Below the pieces are notes generated by a model. It was not told the origin of the DNA, did not search any database, and was given only the letters and a program-made list of their open reading frames with translations. 64,000 bases of DNA from Ylistrum balloti (taxonomy: Eukaryota): assembly GCF_031769215.1 (NCBI RefSeq), contig NW_026781942.1, positions 3,410,001-3,474,000 on the forward strand. Reading direction: 5' to 3'. Below, piece after piece: positions 1-13,460 of this stretch (positions within the stretch are counted from its first letter, which is position 1; every line of letters begins with the position of its first letter). The position numbers and the translations under genes were made by a program.

Positions 1-12
1 TATTGATTTCAG

Positions 13-66
13 ATATGGTGATTAATCAGTACTTCAGAGGTATGCTGTCTACATGGGATTTCTCAG
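13..66 (+). CDS. Candidate small coding exon (D)MVINQYFRGMLSTWDFS, phase 1, with an alternative internal donor after nt 39
   Basis: Acceptor ttgatttcag| at 12. Donors AG|gtatgc (40) and CAG|gtaaat (67) give 27 or 54 nt, both multiples of 3 and open in the phase-1 frame. ATG at 15. The upstream intron is cut off by the window edge. Confidence 0.4.
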
Positions 67-2931
67 GTAAATTAACTAGGCAGAAGGTCAAGGTATTGTA
101 AACAAATAAACAATGTATATGATATGAGGTGAAGAACTTGAAGCTTTTTACCTGCAACACATATTTACTCTACTTCTGTTTTAAAAAGATTTAAAGCTAT
201 GGTTTGGTAATTTGTGCTCAAAGTCTTGTATATTGTGTGTTTGATAAACTTTTGAAGCTTGCACATGTAACTATTATAGGCTGTTTTGATAGCTTATAAA
301 AGTTGTTAAGAAAATGAAATTATAGGGATTTTGTAGAAATTTGAAAACACTTTAAAAATGATTGAAAATAGAAATATTTCATTTAAAAAAGATAGAAATA
401 TTTTCTATGAAATGGAATGTTGTGAAGTATTTCCAATTTGCTTTTTAAGCAGATTAAATTTCTTTATTCAACTTTACATATTGAATTCATAGGTAAAGAT
501 GTCGGAAGTTGTTGTCATGGAATGCTTAAATTTGAATACTCTTAACACAGACATGAAATTCTATTTTTGGAAAGATTTTCTTCATTTATTTTGCTTGTTG
601 GTATTTAGTTTCTTTATGGCCTAAATTAGCTGGATATATAAACAAAAAGTAAAGTTAAGACAACATGAATTTATTCTCAGTATAGCCTCTGTTTTGTGGT
701 CTTACTCTGACAAACTGCAGTAGACCTATTGTGGGTTGTGATGTTTGGAGTACTTTGGTAAAAAATGTATTAGATTTGATCAGTATTAAGTATGTTTTTC
801 CTCAGATCTGTTGAAGGTATCATAGCTGTCACGATGTTGAAAAGTTTTAGCAAAAATAGCTTTACAAGATCCTGCATAACTACTTTGTTGATTCTGAAAG
901 TTATTTTTGTGCTTTTGCCAAGATGCTTGTTGGAAGGGTTTGAAATATAAGTTTCAGAATTTGTGTGTTTGTTTCATAGCTCAGGCTTAATAGAAAACAG
1001 ATGAGATTTCAAATCAGAATGGAATTTTCACCTGTATTTGATGGCTTACCTGTAATATCATATGCAAATGATGGACATTTTATTTCATTTTGATAGCTCA
1101 TTTTTGATAAGACATTGTGTTTAGCTGTTCTACAAAACATGTGCATTGTGAAAGATAGGAGTCCAGTATTAAGAGTGTATGCATACAGTATGTTATTTGT
1201 GGTTTCTTTTCTAAAAGAGTTCTTGTGAATAATGTGTACACCATTAATGTTTTACAATTTATCCAATTTATCTCATAACTTGGGTATGGTGTGTCAAATA
1301 TCATTCAATCTTTAAACATATATTCAGTTAGATGTAAACTCAGATGAAGGTCTGAAGTGCCCGGTTTGATGCTCCCTACCCTGGCTATTTTTGTTTCTCA
1401 AGAAACTTAGAAATGGTTTGGTTTGTCCTGATATGGTTGTGTCCTTGTGGAAGACACTTTCCTGTGATTGCTCTGAAAGGCATACACCAGGTTTGCTGTA
1501 TGATGTTCGGTAAAGTAGTCACAAGCTATTGTAAGGAGACACCTTGCCTAGACACCTTTCCTAACAATAACCCCATTAAGAATTAAACAAGGATGAAGAA
1601 TGAACCTGTGATCTGTACAGATGACAGGAGTTTTAACTGATAAGTTACACAAATTAGAAAACACATTTTAACTTTAATAACAATGCCAGAGTGAATTACA
1701 ATCAATTTGAGCTGCTAATTACTTTGAATGCTTTCTTATTTCAAATTTGTTTTTACCAGGATATCAGAAATTTAAGTTTTGCACATTTCATATTTTTGTG
1801 TTCAAAGGTCAAGATCAGAGCGTCAAAGGTCATATTTGAACAAATTTGAATCAGATAATGATACATCTATATACATATTTAAAGATTAAATTGTTTGCAT
1901 TGATTATTGGTATACATATAAACACATTCAAAGTTACAAATTATTGAAGTCAGCATTGTTTTTTTTCCCCAATGGTCAAAGACACAAAGAAAGGTCAAAG
2001 GTCAAACCACTTATTGTTTTGATGGTGAATTGATGTTTTGTTTTGGTAATTTTGTTAGTCCAGCTAATGGAACTGGATATAACATTTGTCTAGAAACAGA
2101 AGTCAATTGATTGCAAAGAGAAAACCAAATAATGCTTACATTACCGTTGGTCACCGAACTGTAGCGACACCGACAAATCTTTTATGCTGAGATGCACGGA
2201 GAGAAATAGATTGGTGTACACAGGTTAAAAGCAAGCTAATAGGATCTCTGTTAGCTGAATATCTATAGTTATACCACATACACTGACAGTGTATACAGTC
2301 TTGTGTTTTATCATCTGTTCTAAAGCTTGGATGACTTCATAACAAAACCCACAACACTTCACAATGACAGTTTCATCACAAAAATTTAGAACTCTGTGAA
2401 ATATTGATAGATTCAGTCTTGTCTGAATGAACTGTTGTTCATATATTTTGTGTATCTGGTAAATTTATTTTGTAGAAATCAATGAGAGTGATTTGTGTGT
2501 GAGAGATAGTGTTTCTGGATGATTTACCCCGACAGACATATTATTACAGTTGATTTCAGTGAGAGATTGCTATGATTTAGTTTGTATTTAAATTAATTGA
2601 GAGAGATATCAGAGAGGTTAATAAAAATATATGGCTCTATCTTACTTAAATTTAAAAAGTAAAATTTGTATCTTGTATTTATTGTCGGGAACGGACAATT
2701 GACAAAATCTGAACATCATTATCTCAGTTCAGTTAAAACTTGCCTTGTGCATACAGTTTTGATTAGAAATCGTTCACTTAGAGCAAGTGAATGCTTCAAA
2801 ATATGTCTTGGTTCGTAAGTAAAATGTGTGTTTCACCTCAATATTGGATCAATTTATATATTTATGTCAATATTATCATGTGTCATGATTCATCTGGGTC
2901 AGTGTTATGTGTTTAATGGGTTAAAACATCC

Positions 2932-4963
2932 ATGTGTCAATATGACAGAGGGTTAAAATGTTAATGTTTTACTGTATCAGTGTGTCAATATGGTATTGAG
3001 TCAAAATGTTAATGTTTTACTGCATCAATGTGTCATCAATGTGTCAATATGGTCTTGAGTCAAAATGTTAATGTTTTACTGCATCAATGTGTCAATATGG
3101 TCTTGAGTCAAAATGTTAATGTTTTACTGCATCAATGTGTCAATATGGTCTTGAGTCAAAATGTTAATGTTTTACTGCATCAATGTGTCAATAAGGTCTT
3201 GTGTCAAAATGTTAATGTTTTACTGCATCAATGTGTCAATATGGTCTTGTGTCAAAATGTTAATGTTTTACTGCATCAATGTGTCAATATGGTCTTGAGT
3301 CAAAATGTTAATGTTTTACTGCATCAATGTGTCAATATGGTCTTGAGTCAAAATGTTAATGTTTTACTGCATCAATGTGTCAATATGGTCTTGAGTCAAA
3401 TGTTAATGGGTTTACACATTAATGTGTCAATATGGTCTTGAGTCAAAATGTTAATGTTTTACTGCATCAATGTGTCAATATGGTCTTGAGTCAAAATGTT
3501 AATGTTTTACTGCATCAATGTGTCAATATGGTCTTGAGTCAAATGTTAATGGGTTTACACATTAATGTGTCAATATGGTCTTGAGTCAAAATGTTAATGT
3601 TTTACTGCATCAATGTGTCAATATGGTCTTGAGTCAAAATGTTAATGTTTTACTGCATCAATGTGTCAATATGGTCTTGAGTCAAAATGTTAATGTTTTA
3701 CTGCATCAATGTGTCAATATGGTCTTGAGTCAAAATGTTAATGTTTTACTGCATCAATGTGTCAATATGGTCTTGAGTCAAAATGTTAATGTTTTACACA
3801 TTGATGTGTCAATAAGGTCTTGAGTCAAATGTTAATGTTTTACTGCATCAATGTGTCAATATGGTCTTGAGTCAAAATGTTAATGTTTTACTGCATCAAT
3901 GTGTCAATATGGTCTTGTGTCAAAATGTTAATGTTTTACTGCATCAATGTGTCAATATGGTCTTGAGTCAAAATGTTAATGTTTTACTGCATCAATGTGT
4001 CAGTATGGTCTTGTGTCAAAATGTTAATGTTTTACTGCATCAATGTGTCAATATGGTCTTGAGTCAAAATGTTAATGTTTTACTGCATCAATGTGTCAAT
4101 ATGGTCTTGAGTCAAAATGTTAATGTTTTACTGCATCAATGTGTCAATATGGTCTTGAGTCAAATGTTAATGGGTTTATACTTTAATGTGTCAATATGGT
4201 CTTGAGTCAAAATGTTAATGTTTTACTGCATCAATGTGTCAATATGGTCTTGTGTCAAAATGTTAATGTTTTACTGCATCAATGTGTCAATATGGTCTTG
4301 AGTCAAAATGTTAATGTTTTCCTGCATCAATGTGTCAATAAGGTCTTGTGTCAAAATGTTAATGTTTTACTGCATCAATGTGTCAATATGGTCTTGAGTC
4401 AAAATGTTAATGTTTTACTGCATCAATGTGTCAATATGGTCTTGAGTCAAATGTTAATGGGTTTACACATTGATGTGTCAATATGGTCTTGAGTCAAATG
4501 TTAATGTTTTACTGCATCAATGTGTCAATATGGTCTTGAGTCAAATGTTAATGGGTTTACACATTGATGTGTCAATATGGTCTTGAGTCAAAATGTTAAT
4601 GTTTTACTGCATCAATGTGTCAATATGGTCTTGAGTCAAAATGTTAATGTTTTACTGCATCAATGTGTCAATATGGTCTTGAGTCAAAATGTTAATGTTT
4701 TACTGCATCAATGTGTCAATATGGTCTCAAAATGTTAATGTCAATGTGTCAAATGTTCAAAAATGCATTAATGTGTCAATATGGTCTTGAGTCAAAATGT
4801 TAATGTTTTACTGCATTAATGTGTCAATAAGGTCTTGTGTCAAAATGTTAATGTTTTACTGCATCAATGTGTCAATATGGTCTTGAGTCAAAATGTTAAT
4901 GTTTTACTGCATCAATGTGTCAATATGGTCTTGAGTCAAATGTTAATGGGTTTACACATTGAT
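2932..4963. repeat. 48-bp minisatellite, about 42 copies, with interspersed 47-bp variants
   Basis: Unit gtcaatatggtcttgagtcaaaatgttaatgttttactgcatcaatgt; variant caaatgttaatgggtttacacatt. Confidence 0.97.
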
Positions 4964-5636
4964 CAATATTGTATGTTTATAGGTTAATGTGGTATATCTA
5001 TGTACAAACATGATAGAGAGTCAGTATATACATGGATGAATGGCAGTACTTGAGGATGTTCAGGATACAGTTTGTCTACTTTAACAGTACAGATTTTCCT
5101 TGTTCTATCAAAATAATGAATTTCATAACCATAGATAAGCTGTAATGATTTAGCCTTGACCGGTGTAAAATCAGAGTTACATGTTAACCCCAGAATTAGA
5201 TACATTTAACTGGTATTGGAAACACATTGCCTTTATTTACTTTAACCTGTAAAAGAATACCAATTTCCTTTTGTCTATAGACCACATTACTAGGGAAGTC
5301 AAGGTCATTGGTCCGGGTCGTCAGACACAATTATCTTGAAGTACACATGGCCATCGATGAAACATAAAATTTTCAAAAGTATACAGTAGACGAAGCTATG
5401 TTTAGGGATAGAGATTCCAATTTATACATGGCTGCTGGATATATAACACAGTATTTAGTGTACAGAACTCTCAGACATTCCAGGTAGACTCGAACACATA
5501 TGGAAAGAGATTATATGTCTGGTCATTTTTGACTGAAATCAATGATTTTTCATCAGACCATACATTCACTTCTTTTGGGGAAAGGAATGGAGAAAAATTT
5601 CAATTTAAAGTATTTTAACCATAAAGTCCACAGATA

Positions 5637-5829
5637 ACTGTAAAATAATTAATTTTTGTGTGAGTTTTATTTTGTTGAATTTTTCATCATTCATATTCCA
5701 CAAATTTAAATGGATATAAAATAATTAGTATCTGACCATCGAAATAGATTATAGTACTTGGTCATTTTTACAGATTTATCAACGAAAGCAGATAATCTGA
5801 CCCCAACAAATATATACAATTTTACAATA
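5637..5829. mobile_element. About 190-bp MITE with degenerate TACTGTA-type TIRs
   Basis: Left end actgtaaaataattaatttttgtgtgag, right end caaatatatacaattttacaata, internal ccacaaattt. Similar to the copies at 33790 and 13306. Confidence 0.4.
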
Positions 5830-6196
5830 ATCCTACATTTGAAAGTGGATAAACATTTCTGGGACACAAATATAAACAAAAAAATGAAGAAATGTATCCT
5901 TAATTGTTGAAAAAGGTATCATGACATGTATCATTTAAATTATTTTGTAAAGTATAAAAATCAGTGCAAAAGATAAGCTGTTAATGAGAGTATCCATATT
6001 TCACTAGTAGGGAAAGGTATTTCAAGGTCTTGATTAAAATGCAGTGAATGAAGTAAAGAGGATAATGGGTAATTTACCAAAGGTGAAACACAGGTGTAAT
6101 TTGCCCTAGAAACATTGATTGTGGAGTACACATTAGGAACAGGCTGGTAATGAATTTCATTGGTTTGATTTTTATTGTCAGTTTATTTTGTTTCAG

Positions 6197-6241
6197 AACT
6201 TAGTGTGAAAACTCTTCAGGAAATGCACATTCATTGCTGAG
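6197..6241 (+). other. Candidate 45-nt non-coding or stop-containing cassette exon
   Basis: Strong acceptor gtttattttgtttcag| and donor GAG|gtaaat. There are stops in all three frames; the phase-1 frame reads ELSVKTLQEMHIHC-TGA. Confidence 0.3.
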
Positions 6242-6677
6242 GTAAATTAAAATGTGTTGAACATTTCCTCAACAGAAATAATTAAAGATGTGACCATGAT
6301 TGGAAATAAAATCAAGTGAAGGGCTAAATACTCTCTGTTGGGTTAAAAAATGTAGTGCAAAAATTCATGCCATAGACTAACAGAACTGTTATCATGTGCA
6401 AAGACTGTGCAGACAAGATTGTATGTACCACTTGATATAGAGTTATTGCCCTTTGTTGATCAAGATTTTCTTTGATCGGATCATGCATTCTTTTTACCCA
6501 TCTGTTGATCCCTTGGCGTTGCTATAAATAAGTATTATGGGATGCAATAGGCTCTAAATTGTATATCAACTTCTAAGTGATATGTATATTAGAGTCAGTT
6601 ATTGACAGTGATATTCAGAAGGAAAACACAATTTGTTTATAACATCAGTATATGGTTTGTGTATGTGTATTTCCCAT

Positions 6678-8106
6678 GTGTATTGGACGTATGTATAGAC
6701 ATTAGGACATGCTATGTCTGTGTATTAGACATATGTATAGACATTAGGACATGCTATGTCTGTGTATTAGACATATGTATAGACATTAGGACATGCTATG
6801 TCTGTGTATTGGACGTATGTATAGAGGACATTAGGACATGCTATGTCTGTGTATTGGACGTATGTATAGAGGACATTAGGACATGCTATGTCTGTGTATT
6901 GGACGTATGTATAGAGGACATTAGGACATGCTATGTCTGTGTATTGGACGTATGTATGGGCCTATGGACATTAGGACATGCTATGTCTGTGTATTAGGAC
7001 ATGCTATGTATATGTATAGAGGACATTAGGACATGCTATGTCTGTGTATTGGACGTATGTATAGAGGACATTAGGACATGCTATGTCTGTGTATTGGGCG
7101 TATGTATAGAGGACATTAGGACATGCTATGTCTGTGTATTGGACGTATGTATAGAGGACATTAGGACATGCTATGTCTGTGTATTGGACGTATGTATAGA
7201 GGACATTAGGACATGCTATGTCTGTGTATTGGACGTGTGTATAGAGGACATTAGGACATGCTATGTCTGTGTATTGGACGTATGTATAGAGGACATTAGG
7301 ACATGCTATGTCTGTGTATTGGACGTATGTATAGAGGACATTAGGACATGCTATGTCTGTGTATTGGGCCTATGTATAGACATTAGGACATGCTATGTCT
7401 GTGTATTGGACGTATGTATAGAGGACATTAGGACATGCTATGTCTGTGTATTGGACGTATGTATAGAGGACATTAGGACATGCTATGTCTGTGTATTGGG
7501 CCTATGTATAGACATTAGGACATGCTATGTCTGTGTATTGGACGTATGTATAGAGGACATTAGGACATGCTATGTCTGTGTATTGGGCCTATGTATAGAC
7601 ATTAGGACATGATGTGTGTATAGAGGACATTAGGACATGCTGTGTCTGTGTATTGGACGTATGTATGCTATGTCTGTGTATTGGACATTAGGACATGCTA
7701 TGTCGTGTGAGAGGACATTACATGCCTGTGTATTGGACGTTGTATGAGGACATTAGGACATGCTATTGGACGTGTGTATTACTGTTGTTTGTGTATGTTA
7801 GAGGACATTAGGACATGCTATGTCTGTGTATTGGACGTGTGTATAGAGGACATTAGGACATGCTATGTCTGTGTAGGAATGTATTGTGTGTCTGTGTATT
7901 GGACGTATGTATAGAGGACATTGACATGCTATGTCTGTGTATTGGACGTGTGTATAGAGGACATTAGGACATGCTATGTCTGTGTATTGGACGTATGTAT
8001 AGAGGACATTAGGACATGCTATGTCTGTGTATTGGACGTGTGTATAGAGGACATTAGGACATGCTATGTCTGTGTAACACAGACATTAGGACATGCTATG
8101 TCTGTG
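6678..8106. repeat. 45-bp minisatellite (42-bp variants), about 32 copies
   Basis: Unit tattggacgtatgtatagaggacattaggacatgctatgtctgtg; scrambled patch at about 7610-7900. Confidence 0.97.
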
Positions 8107-9413
8107 AGAATAATGCCATTGATGAGGAATGTTTTACTGTTTTTGTGTATTATACGTTTGTTCCTGCTGGTGAGGAAGTTTGTGTGTCACTGATATCTAT
8201 GACAGTCATGAAGGAAATGACTGATGCGTAAGTAAGGAAAATCCAACACAGTCAGTGATTAGATGATACACATATTGTGTGAAATGGCTCCATTTTGGAA
8301 AATTGTAGTTCACGTATATAATATGTTTAGGTTAAGTGGTCAGAGCTCAGAGGTAAGGTTTAGTTAGAGATCATAACCATTATACAAAGTTAAGTCAAAT
8401 TGAAGTAAAATGTATCTAGAAATATTATATAGCTCAATATCTCAAAACGACTTTTGATTATGAGTAAAGGGTTTGGATTTAGAGGTTTGAGTTCAAAGTT
8501 GAGAGATAAGCTTATACATTGTCAGAACTTTTATACAAAGTGTTCAATCAAATTGAAAGAAAATGTTGGATTTCTAGAAATGTCATCTTGTTGAAAGCTC
8601 TAAACTCTATTTGATTGATTGTGTGGATTATGTGGTGGCAGTTTATCGATCTATGATGACTGCACTGATGAGGTTTTTAAAAAAAGGAATCCATTCCACA
8701 AAATAGATTATCAGCCAGTTGATTGTAAATTACTGTCACTGACTGGGGTGTTAAGCTGTTTCAATTTTATATAGCAGTTCATGTGGAAATTAGTGTGATA
8801 TATTCGTGGAACAGTTTTGGTCTCTGGGTTGTGAATGTTAATTGCAGTGGTTGGTTTTCTTGTCAAGTGTATTGCCCTATGAACAGCCAGGGTCAATTGA
8901 AAAGCATGTGGCTACCCCACTGAATAACCTACTGAAGGTCTGTTACATAACATCCTTTTGGTGTTTAGTAAAGGACACAAACACTTCCTAACACACACAA
9001 ACTGCCACAGGTTATCAAAAATTAATACGGTTTGTATAGTTGATTTACAAGTTTTTTTTTTATATGAAAATATGGTTTATATACATGTATGTGTGCATGT
9101 GCTTTTCAAATGATCAGCCTTTAATCTGTATCATTCATTGGAATATCTTATTGTTGCGGATTATTTTGTTGTGTGTCGGTCTTTAACGTGGATCATAGTA
9201 CTTCCCTGTCAGCATTAATCCTCAGTAGGTTTGTTTGCCTCTGTGTATTTCAAATCCAACCTGCAATGTCTGATGGTTTCAAAATCAATACAACCCATTT
9301 GACTTACTGGAGTGTGAAATCCTTGGTTTATCACAAGCTCATTAACAGGGGCAAAATGATGAGAATATCAACCTAAAAAGAACTATGAATGATATGTGAT
9401 TCACTGATAATTG

Positions 9414-9477
9414 CATGTGCAAGCTCCAAGGTCACCATGTGCAAGCTCCAAGGTCACCATGTGCAAGCTTCAAGGTC
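9414..9477. repeat. 22-bp tandem repeat, about 3 copies
   Basis: Unit catgtgcaagctccaaggtcac. Confidence 0.9.
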
Positions 9478-11086
9478 TGAGGTCAAATTACAATGATACA
9501 AAAACTTTGATTTTCATTATGAACAAAGTATGGTTAGTATGAGAAAGACTTACATAGAAACATTTCTGTCTATTCTTTATTCAGAATTGTCTGTCAGGCA
9601 AGTCTTTAATTACTGCAATATTCAAATTATCTTAATTTTTCCAATTACTCGCAGATTTTATTTTTGTACTGATATATTTAGATTTTTTATAACTGATGCT
9701 TTAAACCTGCTTTGTATTAAAATAAATTATGAAACTTTTTAAAAATAATTTGTCAGAACTGATTTATGATACAAAATTTGGGTACTCCAGTGTTGTATAT
9801 GATGATCTTCCTAAATCCTTTCATCAGAAAGCAGAATAAGTAGACATTAAACCCATTGACAATTTCTGATACAATTATAGAATCTTTCCATTTTATTTGA
9901 ATATTGAGATGCTTAAGAAATAGCTTTATAAACTGAATTTGTATTTAATATTTTGAAATCCTTATTTAAGATATTTAAATTTTTTATTATTTTCCCTGAT
10001 AAATTCGATATCATCAGATAAGACTATCCAGGCTTTAACGGTAGATGATTGATTGATTTATGTATATTGCAGCTGCTGGTGAAATTACTACAGGTGCTAA
10101 ACATGCTGAAGTAATTTCTTGAACTTTGACCTGTAAAATTCTCTGATGGATTTTGGATTAGTGCGTGTTTTTGTCTACCTCGTCATCTCCACTATAATAC
10201 TATACTGGTGAACAGTTTACCTCAATTTTCATTGATGTGGAACCCACAACTTGGCGTTTTAATCTACCGATCAAGTCATCGGACGCTGGTAAATATGTTT
10301 TTGGGGTTCAGTTATTCATGTTTCTTACCCACTCTGATTTAATGAAGTTCCTGCTTTTCAGTTCAATGTCAGAAATACAAAGAAAAATGCAAATGGTAAA
10401 TGTTTGGTGTGATATTGATTGGTAACTCTTACATTGGACAAATAAAGGAGAAAGGAGACGCATCTGAAGTTGGATTTCAGCATTTACTGTTCTTGTTGAA
10501 ATAAATCTTTCATATTTTATATATAAATCATAGAGTTTATTATCCTATATACGATGAAACGTGGCTTGCTACAAAGACATCAATATAACTACAAAGAAAA
10601 AATAATGGAAATTTGTGTATTGGATTTTACCATTAATGCGGAAGTGAAAGCTACTAATATATATCGTTCATCAACTGAAGCTATGCAAATATAGAGTGGA
10701 ACTCCGCATGAAAGGATGTAGATCAGTGTTATAGAGAAGCTTGTGTCAGGGTGGATGATTGATTTGTATGTAGTAGTATCAATATGAGCTCAATTCATGG
10801 TGTTAAATACCAACTAGGAGGAAATATGGAAGGTAGCACTATACAATCAAAATGTCCGAAATGGAATGATAGATATTTGTGTTCCCTTTGGTTGTAGTGA
10901 TTTATTTAATGTTAACTGAATCCAAATGAGAAATAGACAGCTTGTGGTAACTGTACTTTATTATAGTCAGTAGATGTAAATGTGTATATTAGTATAAAGA
11001 AGGAAATAGCAGATTGTATTGAGTGTATATATGTGTAAATTACCATCAAAAGTGGATAAAAGTGTTCCTAGAACTTTATTTACAAC

Positions 11087-12425
11087 ATGGAAATCTACAA
11101 ACAATCATCTGCAGACAACAAGGATTCCCCGAAAAAGGGAACCAAAAATTCGGCAAACAAGGACAACAAAAAAGATGGAGGAGTTCTGTCACTGCTTGGA
11201 AAGAAAAAGAAACCGGCCAGACAAAAAAAGGCTCAGGAACTAAAACGACAGAGTCGTGTACTAACAACAGATACATCGTCTGCCATCGGTAAGAGGTATG
11301 GAAGTGTTGATTCCAGTCCAACAAGTCCTCCTTGGCGTGGTTCAGGGAGGGGCTCAGGGCGAGCATCTATGAGTTCATGTCCAAACAGCCCAATGATGAC
11401 TGGATATCAGGGGCCAAAAGGTAATATAATGACAAAGTCAGCTTTTGAGGCATTTTGGAACGGTCCTGAGCCCCTGTTTGATCCTACACAAGGTCCAAAG
11501 GAGTACAAGAAGGATCTATCACCGGAGTCGGAGTCAGGAAATAAGGATATACACTTGAAACCCGGCGGAAGTCCAGAGGTACATCGAATTCAACTTAGAG
11601 TCAGTGCAGCTGCTCCTCCATCTAGAGCCCCACCGGTGTATCAAAACTTGGCCCAACTACGATCCCCACCCCCAAAACCCAAACATACTGTGGACCATAA
11701 CTGTACTGCAGGACATCACACTCGTTATAGGTTTCCATCTCCCGGAGTCAGTCCGGAGATTCAACGAAGTAATACACCAAGTTCGTCTCGGCAAAGTTCA
11801 CAGGATAATGAAATCCCTGCTGATGCACCAAAATCCACTGCTACTAGTGTGTTACCAGACCATTATAAATATCTTAGTGATTATACATATAGTGAACTAC
11901 CTGCAAAACCCAAACATAGTATGCCTCAGCAGTTTATTGTACAGGAAGGTGTTTACTCTGATTCTTGTACGGAACAAGTTCGACGCAATGTAGTTCCACA
12001 GCAATATGTCGCACCGGATGAAATTTATTCGAAAGCAATGCCCGAAAAAATACAGAAAAATGTCAGTCTGAAAGACTGCAATCAGGAAGAGGGAAGTCCT
12101 GATAAGGTCGCGCGTAACCCAACACAACAAGTGGTGAGTTCTGATGGAGTTTATTTTCAGGGAAGTCCTGAAAGAGGTCGACATAGCACAATGTCTTCTT
12201 CATCCCAATCAAGTCCAGAAAGTCCGCGAGCTCAAATTATTCGTGCTTCTCAACATATTCATTCTGGATCTGGGATTATATGGCGTCAACACAGCCTTCC
12301 AACTCCAGGTAATAGTCCTGAGATCCAGCGTATTTTACGATCATGCCCTCCTCCTGTAGAAAGTCCATCTCCTCCGTCTCAGCGAGCTAGATCGGCAATG
12401 GATGAAGGAATCTACTGCACAGCGG
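11087..12425 (+). CDS. Large coding exon (probable alternative first or 5' exon, about 446 aa) of an unidentified multi-exon gene; Lys-rich start, then Ser/Pro-rich low-complexity sequence with Tyr motifs
   Basis: Only long non-repetitive ORF in the window. It is more GC- and CpG-rich than its flanks. The ATG context is good (acaacATGG) with an in-frame TAG at 11069-11071. It ends ACA GCG G|gtgagt, a strong phase-1 donor at 12426, followed by T-rich intron-like sequence. No globular domain recognised. Confidence 0.85.
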
Positions 12426-13305
12426 GTGAGTGCTTTTTTCATTTCCTGACGATTTGTTAGAACTTTTTTACTATATTTATCCAGTGATAAGCCCATGTCA
12501 CAATGGAGACCATCTTAAAAAAAATGGCAAGGAAAACTGAGATGTAAAATAAATGGTTTATTTGATATAAAAATATCAACTTTATTTTCTTTTATAGCAA
12601 TCCCAAAACAATCTTTTAGCTTTTAGAAGTCAGTCTTGTTTGCCTGGATGGAAGTGCACGAAGAGTCTCAAAACCACTGTCATGAATTTTTCATTTTGGG
12701 TCATCAGTGTCTTGCTGAAGTGAAAAATTCTGCAGTGTATAAATCATATTTGAAATGCAAATTATTGTTATTTAAACATCTAAACACCAATTACAAACTT
12801 TTACACAACGATTAAAGATATGGTTTCACCAGCACTACCTTTATCAAAGTTTATTTTGCTACATGGTATGTCTTTAGCATTTTTACAAAAGTTTCTAGAT
12901 GTATTTCCTCAATGTTTACTGTTACAAGTCGTTATTTGCATCCATTAAATGACTTGTATTCATTGTTTGTTTCAAAAGTAAGAAAAAACTTGTATTTTTA
13001 AGATTGGTGAAATTTGAACTGTTGAGAAATTACAGTTAAAATTTCACTTTTAACTGCTGATTATCTTGCTGGAAGAACTTTTTTTTATGTTTTAAGATCT
13101 ATACAGGAAACTCTGTTGATAGCTGAAGAAATATATACATTCTGATGTTTTCTAGTGAAAGTCTTTTTAGATCAAAGAGAATAATGTAGGAGTATTAATA
13201 CCCTTCTGTGTTTTGCGGTACACATGTACTGCCTTTTAATCTTTGGGATGTCAGCGATACCTATCACTTGTGTTAAGTTCTCCACTGCTGTCCTCCATTA
13301 GAGAT

Positions 13306-13460
13306 ATACTCTTATTCAGATGTAATTCTCTTGGGATTTTTGTTGATTAAGTACACTTTATCCACAAATTCCTGTCCATGAACTGTTAAATTAGTAAGTG
13401 GTAATTTTTTGAAAACAAACGAACAAATTCAGCCTCTCAAAAATTTGTGAATTTTCAGTA
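13306..13460. mobile_element. Degenerate third copy of the TACTGTA-type MITE
   Basis: Internal atccacaaattcctgtccatgaa and right end aaaatttgtgaattttcagta. Confidence 0.3.

Noticed and set aside
6236-6241. In-frame TGA as selenocysteine
   Set aside because: No SECIS or selenoprotein homology is visible; an ordinary stop is simpler.
2791-10288. Other donor-like sites with upstream ATGs: MLQNMSWF|gtaagt (2814), MTVMKEMTD|gtaagt (8227), and ctg|gtaaat (10288)
   Set aside because: The ATG-initiated frames end in phase 0 or 2, or the phase-1 frame lacks an ATG or acceptor. They cannot be told from chance without RNA data.
12426-12460. C-terminal ECFFHFLTIC-stop of the 457-aa ORF
   Set aside because: It lies after a strong G|gtgagt donor in T-rich sequence and is most likely intron read-through.
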